A stretch of DNA of 63,541 nt, the filler included, from Octopus bimaculoides (lineage: Eukaryota), in assembly GCF_001194135.2 (NCBI RefSeq). It is 9 parts of 7 records of this genome, joined end to end, with 100 filler letters (N's around TTAATTAATTAA, not from the genome) between each part and the next. Parts side by side here need not be neighbours in the genome. Positions count along the whole stretch, not along the records: positions 38,909 to 47,589 come from NC_069008.1; positions 47,690 to 59,566 come from NC_068983.1; 7 more parts are not named here. The stretch is one strand, 5' to 3'. Positions 40,676 through 51,875 of the stretch are shown here, in pieces. Numbering within the stretch: the first letter of the stretch is position 1; every line of letters starts with the position of its first letter. Made by a program: the position numbers and the translations under genes. Under the pieces are notes generated by a model that saw nothing but the letters and a program-made list of their open reading frames with translations, did no database searches and had not been told where the DNA came from.

Positions 40676-40892
40676 TCTGTAAAAATATGTGACAATTATT
40701 CGGTAGCCATAATAAAACTCTGAGTTTCAGATGGTGGAGAGGAAACCCACACCGTCATCTCATCAGGGTCATTTTCACAGCAATTTTCAATGGCCAGATA
40801 ACCAAAGAGATGGCAATGTGGGTTTCCGCCCCGGCATTCAAAACTCGTAGTTTTATCGTGGCTACTGAATAATTGTCACATATTTTTACAGA
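40676..40892. mobile_element. Fold-back MITE with ~85-bp imperfect TIRs
   Basis: tctgtaaaaatatgtgacaattattcggtagcc / ggctactgaataattgtcacatatttttacaga, with TA on both sides. Confidence 0.85.
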
Positions 40893-42639
40893 TAAATTCC
40901 TCTATTTACATAATACAGAGGTCTCTTTNNNNNNNNNNNNNNNNNNNNNNNNNNNNNNNNNNNNNNNNNNNNNNNNNNNNNNNNNNNNNNNNNNNNNNNN
41001 NNNNNNNNNNNNNNNNNNNNNNNNNNNNNNNNNNNNNNNNNNNNNNNNNNNNNNNNNNNNNNNNNNNNNNNNNNNNNNNNNNNNNNNNNNNNNNNNNNNN
41101 NNNNNNNNNNNNNNNNNNNNNNNNNNNNNNNNNNNNNNNNNNNNNNNNNNNNNNNNNNNNNNNNNNNNNNNNNNNNNNNNNNNNNNNNNNNNNNNNNNNN
41201 NNNNNNNNNNNNNNNNNNNNNNNNNNNNNNNNNNNNNNNNNNNNNNNNNNNNNNNNNNNNNNNNNNNNNNNNNNNNNNNNNNNNNNNNNNNNNNNNNNNN
41301 NNNNNNNNNNNNNNNNNNNNNNNNNNNNNNNNNNNNNNNNNNNNNNNNNNNNNNNNNNNNNNNNNNNNNNNNNNNNNNNNNNNNNNNNNNNNNNNNNNNN
41401 NNNNNNNNNNNNNNNNNNNNNNNNNNNNNNNNNNNNNNNNNNNNNNNNNNNNNNNNNNNNNNNNNNNNNNNNNNNNNNNNNNNNNNNNNNNNNNNNNNNN
41501 NNNNNNNNNNNNNNNNNNNNNNNNNNNNNNNNNNNNNNNNNNNNNNNNNNNNNNNNNNNNNNNNNNNNNNNNNNNNNNNNNNNNNNNNNNNNNNNNNNNN
41601 NNNNNNNNNNNNNNNNNNNNNNNNNNNNNNNNNNNNNNNNNNNNNNNNNNNNNNNNNNNNNNNNNNNNNNNNNNNNNNNNNNNNNNNNNNNNNCAAAACA
41701 AATTTCTTAACCACACAGCCATGCCTGTCCCTCGAAAATTGAACCAAATTCGTTGACTGGCACCCATGCCAATCTTCTTTCATTGGACACTAAGCTCAGC
41801 TAAGCTTGCAAAGACCTGTTGGGGCAAGTGAGATTGAAACTGAACCAAATTCGATGACTGGCACCCGTGCCAGTGGAGCGCCAACAGCACCATCTGAGCG
41901 GGGTCACTGCCAGAACAGCGGTCTGGTTTCCATGACGGTGACACATAAAAGCACCATTTATATATATATATATATATAAATGAAGCAGTAGGTTTGTATG
42001 TGGATATATGAATTGCAGTAAGGTCTGTTAAATGAATTCAAGATGGATAATAATAAATGAATTCAGAGACAAATTACAATAGACTGCAGAAATTGAATAA
42101 AGCAAACTGACAAGACCTTACAATTGTTAAAACATTATATTTAAATGTTCATAAAAATGTAGAATAGAGGTTAAAGAAAAACCTGAATACAGTATCACAA
42201 TAATTCTGGTTACTTCTAGTCAAAGGTTGGTAGAAATGCTAATCTTAACTTCAAAGATTCTGGCTTGAAATCTGTTCAAACTGAAAACTGCCAATTGAAA
42301 TCAAAATTGTTTACACATCAAGGTCCCAGGTTGCTCATAGCAAAACTCTCCCTGCTGGGGACTTTATGAGCCAGAATTTCCCATTTTGTAACTGATGAAC
42401 AGATACTAGGCTAGTCCATCACGTTAAAAATGTGGGCAGTCCAAGTACATCTAAATGGATCTGACCATCACATGGTGAACCAAAATGAGCAGTCAAAATT
42501 AAAAAGCTACAATATGGGCAGCTAAAGTTCACAAGCACTAAACTGTTCAGCACGTGTACAAATATGAAGAAAAGAAAGAAGTTGAAAATTCAATTTAAGA
42601 CAGTTTACTTTATTATAAATGTTTATATTTATATGCAAT

Positions 42640-42844
42640 TTTCTTTTTCTTTCTTTTTCTTTTACTTGTTTCAGTCATTTGACTGTGGCCATGCTAGAGC
42701 ACCGCCTTTAGTCGAGCAAAATTGACTCCAGGACTTATTCTTTGTAAGCCTAGTACTTATTCTATCGGTCACTTTTGCCGAACCGCTAAGTTACGGGGAC
42801 GTAAACACACCAGCATCGGTTGTCAAGCGATGGTGGGGGGACAA

Positions 42845-42887
<43 letters not shown>

Positions 42888-43052
42888 CACGACAGGCTTC
42901 TTTTCAGTTTCCATCTACCAAATCCACTCACAAGGCTTTGGTCGGCCCGAGGCTATAGTAGAAGACACTTGCCCAAGGTGCCTCGCAGTGGGACTGAACC
43001 CGGAACCATGTGGTTTGTAAGCAAGCTACTTACCACACAGCCACTCTACGCC
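42640..43052 (-). mobile_element. SINE family A, full length
   Basis: Complete head with A and B boxes, CORE-like block, (CA)n(TA)n tract, 3' module and tail. Confidence 0.93.
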
Positions 43053-43478
43053 TATACGTAAGTTGTTTCACAAATTTTGGACATTTTTAAAGGTAAGGAA
43101 CTATAGAGTGTTTTATCACATGTTCTGAGTGGCAGTCCTTATTAGGCTAATGTGAACTGGTCCATTACTTATTCTGTCCAAAGCAAGCTGTTAATCACTT
43201 TTTTGATGACATCACCACTTAATTAAGAAATATCAATTTTTTTTTTTTGTTTGCCAAAACTTTTATTGAAGATTTCCAAACAATGGGTTACAGTTTCAAA
43301 TTTTAGTTAGGGATCCATTACATGCCTGTACAATATGTTCCTATAGCTTACGTTTAATACTTCAGCATTCCGATTATGTCAAATATAATATTTATTCACA
43401 TTGTTTTGAATTAATCAATTATTATCTCATAGCTTCATGGTATTTATTCTTGATTTATTATGTATAGAATGACATTGT

Positions 43479-43848
43479 TGTTGGCACTCCATCGCTTATG
43501 ACGTCGAGGGTTCCAGTTGATCCGATCAACGGAACAGCCTGCTCGTGAAATTAACGTGCAAGTGGCTGAGCACTCCACAGACACGTGTACCTTTAATGTA
43601 GTTCTCGGGGATATTCAGCGTGACACAGTGTGACAAGGCTGACCCTTTGAATTACAGGCACAACAGAAACAGGAAGAAAGAGTGAGAGAAAGTTGTGGTG
43701 AAAGAGTACAGCAGGGTTCGTCACCATCCCCTGCCGGGGCCTCGTGGAGCTTTAGGTGTTTTCGCTCAATAAACACTCACAACGCCTAGTCTGGGAATCG
43801 AAACCGCGAGTCCGCTGCCCTAACCACTGGGCCATTGCACCTCCACTT
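43479..43848 (-). mobile_element. SINE family F (tRNA-derived) with 12-bp TSD
   Basis: Head ggaggtgcaatggcccagtggttaggg, B-box-like ggtttcgattccc, (CAA) tail; TSD gaatgacattgt at 43467..43478 and 43849..43860. Confidence 0.9.
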
Positions 43849-44037
43849 GAATGACATTGTAGGATTGGCACAAGAGGCCAGATGTGGGTGGCTTGAACAT
43901 AAAACAGGTAGAATATTTGGACCAGACATGGCTGCTTCTATGCCAAAGTGTCCAATAATACCCTGAAATTCCTAGTCTTCCCACTTTATTTTCCTTCTAA
44001 TAAAAACTACAGATCAAATAAACATAAAGGAAATATG

Positions 44038-44043
44038 TTTATT
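44038..44043 (-). terminator. Candidate polyadenylation signal of the ZNF gene
   Basis: AATAAA on minus strand ~95 nt after the stop codon; a second lies at 43985..43990. Confidence 0.45.
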
Positions 44044-44136
44044 ATAAAATATAAATCACAACTTAAAACTAACATATTGTACAAATATGTAAATTGCATT
44101 GTATTTACTTTGGCCTAAATCTTGGTCTTGACACTG

Positions 44137-45324
44137 TTAATCTCCTGAATGAATACCTGTATGTTTAGTCAAGTGACTTTTTTGAGAGAATGATTTACCA
44201 CAAATATCACAGCAATATGGCTTCTCTCCTGTATGAATGCGTTTATGTTTAGTTAAGGTACTACTTCCATAGAATGATTTATCACAAGTATCACAGTGAT
44301 ATGGCTTCTCACCTGTGTGAATACGTTTGTGTATAGTTAAAGTATTTCCTTGAGAGAATGATTTACCACAAATATCACAGTGATATGGTTTCTCTCCTGT
44401 ATGAATACGTTTGTGTGTAGTTAAGCGATCGTTATGAGAAAATGATTTACCACAGATGTCACAATGATATGGCTTCTCTCCTGTGTGTATACGTTTGTGA
44501 GTAGCTAAAACATTTCCTCGAGAAAACGACTTCCCACATATATCACAATGGTATGTTTTCTCCCCTGTATGAATACGTTTGTGAGTAGTCAAAACATTTC
44601 CTCGGGCAAATGACTTACCACAGACATCACAGTGATATGGCTTTTCACCTGTATGAATACGCTTGTGGTTAGTTAAATGTTCATTTTGAGAGAATGATTT
44701 ACCACAAATATCACAGTGATATGGTTGCTCTCCTGTATGAATACGTATGTGTATAGCTAAGCTATTACTTCCAGAGAATGATTTATCACAGACATCACAC
44801 TGGTATGTTTTTTCTCCTGTATGAATAAGTCTATGAGTAGTTAAGTACCCACCTTGAGAGAATGATTTGCCACAGATATCACAATGATATGGTTTCTCAC
44901 CTGTATGAATAAGTTTATGAGTAGTTAAGTAACCACTCTGAGAGAAAGATTTACTACAGATATCACAGTGATATGGTTTTTCTCCTGTGTGAATGTGTTT
45001 GTGAATAATGAGGTTACTGTTTTGAGAGAATGATTTACCACAGATATCACAGGAATATGGTTTCTCTCCTGTGTGAATGCGTTTGTGAATCGTTAAGTGA
45101 TGATTCAGAGAGAATGATTTACCACAGGTATCACAGTGATATGGCTTCTCTCTTGTATGAACACGTCTGTGAGTAGTAAGGTTGCCCTTTTGGGAGAATG
45201 ATCTACCACAGACATCACAGTCAAACGACTTTTTCCCTTTCTTAATCCTTTTGTCAATAGGACAGTCAATATTTTCAGACAGTGTTTTAAGTTTCACCTT
45301 GTTCACACAAAACTCATTTTCCAT
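44137..45324 (-). CDS. Tandem C2H2 zinc-finger protein, 13 fingers, 395 aa, single coding exon
   Basis: 13 CxxC-x12-Hx3H units with TGEKPY-type linkers, no stops or frameshifts; first ATG at 45324 (MENEF); no KRAB, BTB or SCAN domain in this exon. Confidence 0.95.
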   Translation of the reverse strand: MENEFCVNKVKLKTLSENIDCPIDKRIKKGKKSFDCDVCGRSFSQKGNLTTHRRVHTREKPYHCDTCGKSFSLNHHLTIHKRIHTGEKPYSCDICGKSFSQNSNLIIHKHIHTGEKPYHCDICSKSFSQSGYLTTHKLIHTGEKPYHCDICGKSFSQGGYLTTHRLIHTGEKTYQCDVCDKSFSGSNSLAIHIRIHTGEQPYHCDICGKSFSQNEHLTNHKRIHTGEKPYHCDVCGKSFARGNVLTTHKRIHTGEKTYHCDICGKSFSRGNVLATHKRIHTGEKPYHCDICGKSFSHNDRLTTHKRIHTGEKPYHCDICGKSFSQGNTLTIHKRIHTGEKPYHCDTCDKSFYGSSTLTKHKRIHTGEKPYCCDICGKSFSQKSHLTKHTGIHSGD

Positions 45325-45332
45325 CTCCCTCC

Positions 45333-45678
45333 ACAATATACTAAACTATCCTCTATTCTAAAATATTCAAGAAGTTCTCTTTTTCTATAAAATGTAATTT
45401 GTGTTTGAAGTAAGCAAGCTTTTCTAAGTCGTGAAGTCAAAATTTTCACAGCTTTTCTTGGCAAATTTAGATACCTGACAACATCATTGAATTTGACCTG
45501 GTTAAACTTTTCTGTATCACTTTGATTTTCAAATATGCTGGGATCAAAATCCTCAGAGTGCATTACAATATTTCTGGACCATCTTCAACTAATTCTTGAG
45601 GTGGCAGACTCTTAAATATTGGAATGGGGGATTTCATTTGAATGTAGCACAGGTCATATACAGTGTCAAAATCAGGAC
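45333..45678 (-). pseudogene. Chapaev3-like DNA transposase fragment
   Basis: PDFDTV..PVLHSNEIP/IPIFKSLP then [55 protein letters not shown], matching my recollection of the consensus YPDLxSAxRPVxHxxEIPVP...FxQxELNDLVRDLxLxKxxAELLxSRL...LVYC. Confidence 0.65.
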
Positions 45679-46245
45679 CTGATAGAGCAAAACTGAGTAA
45701 AAAGTTCTAAATATATAAATAATTTTATATTTTACTCATTTTTTTTATCTATTGCTATATTTCCCATCAGCTGTGATCTTCATCAATGTCACAAGATATT
45801 GTGAACGTTCTTTTTTTTGTAAATCTGTCCAAGTTTAATGAGAACACAAAATCATTTTATAAACATTCCAGTTGAGAAGAAATACTTTTCAGTAATGTTT
45901 CATCAATATTCACCAGATATTTATGTAAAGTTCATTCTGATCTGAATGATATTTTTCTCTACTTGTTAAAAAAATAATAATAATATATGTTGCATCTGAT
46001 GTAAATGCTTCTCTGAGGGCAATATCATCTGATAATCTGAAATAACAGAATAAAAAAAGTAGTGTTAGATATGGAGAGAATACTTGAAGAATAGAGATAC
46101 AACAGTGGACATTAAATTACATTTTCATAAAGACAAACAAGAAAATTTTAACTGAACAATCGAAATCATCATGTGTTTAGACACAAACATCAATGAATAC
46201 ATGTGTATGAATTTGGAAACTGTGTACCTCTGTAATTAGATACAA

Positions 46246-46465
46246 ATTATTACAGAGGTATCAAGTTGCTAGATCAGGTAATGAAAGTCACGGAGAGGGT
46301 CATAGCCCAACTAATTAGGGAGTGAGTCAGTTTAGATGAGATGCAGTTTGGGTTCGTGCCAAGGAAAAGCACCACTGATGCTATATTTCTGGTAAGACAG
46401 CTGCAGGAGAAATACCTAGCCAAGGATAAACCTCTGTACCTGGCTTTCGTTGACATGGAGAAAGC
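46246..46465 (+). mobile_element. RTE-clade reverse transcriptase fragment
   Basis: YRGIKLLDQVMKVTERVI...MQFGFVPRKSTTDAIFLVRQLQEKY...LYLAFVDMEKA. Confidence 0.92.
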
Positions 46466-46819
46466 TCTTTATAATTTTCATCTGTATGAAGTCTCGCCTT
46501 GCACACACAATTTTTGCACTGCCAGTATATCTTCAATCCATCTGCATTCTGCTTATTATTTGCGTATATATAATTTTTTTCCTTTCTCTGAAGGTATGAT
46601 CTTGCAGATAGCCATGTTGATGGGTAGGCATCTTGAATAAATTTAATTCGATTTGCTTGAAAATCTTTGTAAACTGTTCAGAGCAGATACTTAACAGAGA
46701 GAGGGTAGAAAAAGGAAAAAAAATATATCTAAAACAAAATCACATATAATAGTATTTTAACGAATTGACAAATTAACCGATGACGAAATAAATGGGGATG
46801 AATTGTCCTAGCATCATAT

Positions 46820-47040
46820 ATGTGTGTGTGTGTGTCTTTGTATTTGTTCCCCCAATCACTGCTTGACAACCGGTGTTGGAGTGTTTACGTACCTGTAACT
46901 TAGCAGTTCAGTAAAAGTGACCAATAGAATAAGTACTAGGCTTTAAAAAAATACTAGAGTCGATTTGTTCGACTAAAACCCTACAAAGTGGTGTTCCAGC
47001 ATGGCTGCAGTCAAATGACTGACACAAATAAAAAAATATA
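46820..47040 (+). mobile_element. SINE family A, 3' half
   Basis: gcttgacaaccggtgttgg...gtcgatttgttcgactaaa...ccagcatggctgcagtcaaatgactga. Confidence 0.85.
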
Positions 47041-47422
47041 TTCAAATATGTACACGTTTGTGTCTCCTTCACTTGATATCATGTGATAGTTGTAAAATGA
47101 TTGTCAAAGAGGAATAGTGACGGATACCTTTGTATCTGGCCAGGGGTTAGTTAACTTTTCTTGTTACCACCTCAGTAGTAAGATCAGGCTGGTGAAGAGG
47201 TACTTGTCACGAGACAGATTCATGAGAAGATGGAAGCCTGTGGCGAGGAAGCTGGGAGTGTTTGGCACCAGGTAAGTGGAAGCCAAAAACAAGGGAAAGA
47301 AAAAGCAAGGGGTCTACCCTGGTGGTCGGATGCCTATCCTTCAGGAAAGCCATTACAAATTGCATCTGTAATGAGCAATGCGTTAATCTAACATTGTAAA
47401 TATAATCAAATTATTATTGTAT

Positions 47423-47589
47423 ACTAGCAGAGATACCCGGCGTTGCCCGTGTTACATGCAATTGAAAAATGAGACTTTTCTGTTATATTTTCTGTAAGGA
47501 ACTGGAATACATATGATTCGAATTTCATCAAAATTGCACATGAGGGTTCTTTCCCTCTTTACACACCCTAAAAAAATTCTAATCATGAG
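47423..47589 (+). mobile_element. Helitron-like non-autonomous element 5' end
   Basis: actagcagagatacccggcgttgcccgtg start and aatttcatcaaaat motif; runs into a gap. Confidence 0.55.
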
Positions 47590-47787
47590 NNNNNNNNNNN
47601 NNNNNNNNNNNNNNNNNNNNNNNNNNNNNNNNNTTAATTAATTAANNNNNNNNNNNNNNNNNNNNNNNNNNNNNNNNNNNNNNNNNNNNATATATATATA
47701 TATATATATATATATATAACGGGCTTCTTTCAGTTTCCATCTACCAAATCCACTCACAGGGCTTTGGTCAGCCCGCGGCTATAGTAG

Positions 47788-48161
47788 ATGGGATTTCAAT
47801 GTACAGACTGATTGCAATATTTATGCCAGGTGACCAGATATCATGGTTCGGTTCTTGACAATGGTCCAGTTCATAGCCATCGTCATAGATGTGACTATAA
47901 ATGTAATGGTCAAAGAACAGGAGAAAATAGGAGGATACCAGATATTGTAGAAAGGTAAAACGACAAGACTGGCAGGTTTCTATAAAAATAATTCCAGTTG
48001 TTATAGGCGCCCTAGATACCGTCACTAAGAGTTTTAAGAGCGTACTTATTTAGGTAGGTGTAACTACGAGAGTTGCATTAATTCAGAAATCTGCTTTATT
48101 GGGAACAGTAACGATTGTAAGAAAGGGTCACGATATCTAAGGAATTTGGTTGTGCACAGTA

Positions 48162-48164
<3 letters not shown>
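47788..48164 (+). mobile_element. R4/Dong-like RLE fragment ending in (TAA)n
   Basis: WDFNVQTDCNIYAR*PDIMV...IDVT...KEQEKI...IIPVVIGAL...IQKSALLGT; (TAA)n at 48164..48228. Confidence 0.85.
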
Positions 48165-48229
<65 letters not shown>

Positions 48230-48664
48230 GACGAAGAGCGCAATTCGATTGTAAGATATTTTATTAGTTGAACGATATTTCAACAGTACGTTTGTTTTTG
48301 GCCAGTTCAAAATAAGAAGTGATAAAAATTCAAAATTACAGAAATTTAAACGTAAAGTATGAAGGAGAGCAACCAGCGTCCATACGTTGATGGAATGACA
48401 TCATCAGTTTTTAAGTTACAATTTTATAACAGGCGAAAAGAAAAAAGACAGAAAAAATAGAAAAAAGAAGACGACAGAAAAAAAGGAAAGAAAAAGAGAA
48501 AAAGAAGAATATTCAATCAAGCAGTTTTGTATAAATTTGATGATATTCTCCTGTCATCTAATTCCCCCAGGGCGTGATGTTAATAACCCGCAAACATATT
48601 TCTCCTCATACATTCTGAGAAGTGAAAGTGGAGCAGATTCAGAATAATTTCAAAGTGCATATAA

Positions 48665-48975
48665 TTATGGATAAAAGTGAGTATATTTCGGCCAGAAATT
48701 TCAATACAACTAACCATTTTCTGTCACACGGTATTTCTAACATACAATCCACACCGCACACTGTTTATTCATCACACCAGGAACAGTCATTTTGTTTTAT
48801 CAACAAATTTTTTCGGAGATGTTTATATTTATGACAGTTTGAATTCACTAGTTTCGCAGGAACTAATGGCACAAATAACAACGTTGTATTCACCAGAAAC
48901 AAACATTATTCCTACAATTCAACAAGTTCATATAATTAATCCCCAAGTTGGCGCATATGATTGTGGCTTTTTTGC
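48665..48975 (+). pseudogene. Ulp1/SENP-like (C48) cysteine protease fragment, probably transposon-derived
   Basis: HFVLS...VYIYDSL...PQVGAYDCGFFA contains the His-Asp-Gln-Cys signature; frameshifted upstream and truncated downstream. Confidence 0.7.
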
Positions 48976-49600
48976 CTATAACAACTGGAATTATTTATAT
49001 AGTAACCTGCCAGTCTTGTCGTTTTACCTTTCTACAAATTCTGGTATCCTCCTATTTTTCTCCTGTTCTTTGACCATTACATTTATAGTCACATCTATGA
49101 CGATGGCTATGAACTGGACCATTGTCAAGAACCGAACCATAATATCTGGTCACCTGGCATAAATATTGCAATTAGTCTGTACATTGAAATCCCATAATCT
49201 TGTATTGGACGTTCCCTTTTACACTTTCTGAATGATGTTCGTACCATCAGTTTCTTCCTACTTTAAATTCTCTTTACCGTAATATGTCCTAGTGTTGTGC
49301 CTTAGTCACACATCCGTGTCTCTGTCTAGATTCCTTCTGTGCCAAGGTATCACAAGAACTTATTTGCATAATGGATTCTTCTTTCTCATTACACACTCTA
49401 CAATTTGCACTTTACGCGAATTTTTCTATTTTGGTCTTAATAATATTCGTCTGCAATGACAGGGTTTGAGTAGCTATTATGAACCCTTCTGTTTCTTTCG
49501 TAAAGTCTTCATTCTTCAGCCATATCCAAGACTTCTGTTGTGACGTGCTGCGCTCTTCGTCTTGACTGTTTACCTTTGTGAAGAGTTATTTCAATCCTTT
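48974..49600 (-). mobile_element. R4/Dong-like fragment (zinc knuckle plus RLE)
   Basis: KSWIWLKNEDFTKETEGFIIAT...CRVCNEKEESIMQISSC...WYEH...WDFNVQT; several stops. Confidence 0.85.
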
Positions 49601-49605
49601 TTAAA

Positions 49606-49678
<73 letters not shown>

Positions 49679-49929
49679 TAGCTGGACTCCTGAAAACTTC
49701 ACGGAAAATATAAAGAATGTAAGCATTTGTAAATTGTGTGCTGATGCCATGAGAGTTTTCCTATATTGTGACAGAGATCATATAAAGACGTGTAACACCG
49801 ATGACTATATAATCCAACAAAAATATCTGTTATGCTAACGTAAACAGAATTACTATTTAACCTTAAAACACATCGTACATATTCAAAGAACCTTCTTGGT
49901 TTAGCGGTACGGAACGTTCTTCTGGTATG

Positions 49930-50115
49930 CTTTCATTCTTTTACTTGTTTCAGTCATTTGACTGTGGCCATACTGATCACCACACTTTAGTCGAAGAAAT
50001 CGACCCCTACACTTATTCCCTGTAAGTCTGGTGTTTATTCTATCAGTCTCTTCTGCCGAACAGTTAAGTTACGGGGACGCAGCACACTAACATCGGTTGT
50101 CAAATAAACACACAC
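49930..50115 (-). mobile_element. SINE family A, 3' half
   Basis: ttttacttgtttcagtcatttgactgtggcc...gttacggggacg. Confidence 0.85.
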
Positions 50116-50719
50116 ACTTTTCTCTCTCACCCATTTTGTAGAGGGTATTACCCATTTTTCTGTGCTTTTTCACAGCTATACTTCGTTTGAAATTTGCATT
50201 TGTTTTTGTATTAAAAAAAAAACAGGAAGGGAGTTCGGTTTGTTTGTAGTTTGTAGAGGAAACATTAGACGTGCCTGAAAAAAAACATGGTCTTTCCCCC
50301 CAACTGAAAGACATGAAGAGCTATGTAAGAAGGCGATTAATTGCCGGGGTGAGGGGAAGAAAAGAGAACTAACAGTCAATCGATTTAGAAGTCCCAGAAT
50401 GAAAACGTAAACACCTGAAAGACTTTCCCCTCTATTCATTACTAAATGTCTTTCTCTCTTCTTCTTTGTTAAAAGTAAAGAAGCTAGAAATCGATCACAC
50501 TTCAGCTTGTCATTTTAAATGACTGAGACTTTCATTCTCCGTCTCAGTCGCTTCACTCCTTTTGTCTACAGTTAAGAGAATGAAAGTGCGTGGCTCAGTG
50601 TTTAGGGGTATTCGGCCCATGACCGTAAAGTCATGAGTATGATTTCAGGCAGCGCACTGTGTTCTTGGGCAAAAATAATAACAATAATAATAATAATAAT
50701 AATAACAACAACAACAACA

Positions 50720-50768
<49 letters not shown>

Positions 50769-50779
50769 TGATGATAATA

Positions 50780-51060
50780 ATGTGGAATCTAAAAACAGAA
50801 AAAATTCCTACATGGTAGGTGCCTTAGGTATAATAAAAAAATATTCAGACAAATACATAACAAAAACACCAGGACTTACAAATATATATAACATACAGAA
50901 AATTTCACCACTGGGCACTGCACACATCCTACACAAAACACTTTCAATGCAGTAACCATAAGAGCATCACAGCAAACCACAGCACATACCCGGCACACAT
51001 ACAAGGCACACAGAGCTGCGCTCAGTAGTGAAGTGAAAGCACGTTATAAAAATAAAACTA

Positions 51061-51063
<3 letters not shown>
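50780..51063 (+). mobile_element. 5'-truncated R4/Dong-like copy flanked by (TAA)n on both sides
   Basis: MWNLKTEKIP/MVGALGIIKK...IQKISPLGTAHILHKTL* plus 3' UTR; tracts at ~50672..50779 and ~51064..51154. Confidence 0.85.
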
Positions 51064-51131
<68 letters not shown>

Positions 51132-51156
51132 TAATAACAATAATAATAATAATGAT

Positions 51157-51352
51157 AGAAGAGGTGGGTGACCTGAAGATAAAGACAGAAGCACTTATAT
51201 GCGCAATGCTAGAACAAGCGTTAAGGGCTAACTATGTGAAGTGCAGAATCGACAACACTACCGACAGAGACAAATGCCGAATGTGTAGTGAGAAAGTTGA
51301 AAAGGCATGGCACATTGTTGGCGAATTCCCAAAATTGGCACAACGCGATTAC
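51157..51352 (+). mobile_element. R4/Dong-like zinc-knuckle fragment following (TAA)n
   Basis: GDLKIKTEALICAMLEQALRANYVKCRID...KCRMCSEKVEKAWHIVGEFPKLAQRDY. Confidence 0.85.
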
Positions 51353-51506
51353 CACATCGAGAGAAATTTGGCTGCTGTTTCAAACTTGTAGACGACCACC
51401 TAGATGCTCCGACACAGTTTTGAGAAACTGACGCGGGAAACTGACTTTCAGTAAATTTAGTCGCATAGGTTCGTATGATATAAAATCTTAATGTATAGTA
51501 TATGGT

Positions 51507-51875
51507 ATCTCTTTTACTCTTTTACTTGTTTCAGTCATTTGACTGCGGCCATGCTGGAGCACCACCTTTAGACGAGCAAATCGACCCCAGGACTTATTCT
51601 TTGTAAGCCTAGTACTTATTCTATCGGTCTCTTTTGCCGAACTGCTAAGTTACAGGGACGTAAACACACCAGCATCGGTTGTCAAACGATGTTGGGGGAA
51701 CAAACAGAGACACACAAACATATGCACACACACACAACATAAATATATACATATATACGACGGGCTTCTTTCAATTTCCGTCTACAAAATCCACTCACAA
51801 GGCTTTGGTCGGCCCGAGGCTATAGTAGAAGACACTTGCCCAAGGTGCCATGCAGAGGGACTGAACCAAGAACCA
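51507..51875 (-). mobile_element. SINE family A, near full length
   Basis: High similarity to 42640..43052; extreme 5' end missing. Confidence 0.92.

Noticed and set aside
45325-45336. MWRE N-terminal extension of the ZNF ORF
   Set aside because: The ORF track starts at a TTG; the first ATG is at 45324.
48665-49600. A single NeSL-like element encoding Ulp1 plus RLE
   Set aside because: The protease fragment is antisense to the adjacent RLE piece and downstream of the sense one; NeSL places it upstream of RT on the same strand.
50659-51194. Poly-Asn, poly-Ile and poly-Leu proteins
   Set aside because: Translations of (TAA)n tracts joined to retrotransposon fragments.
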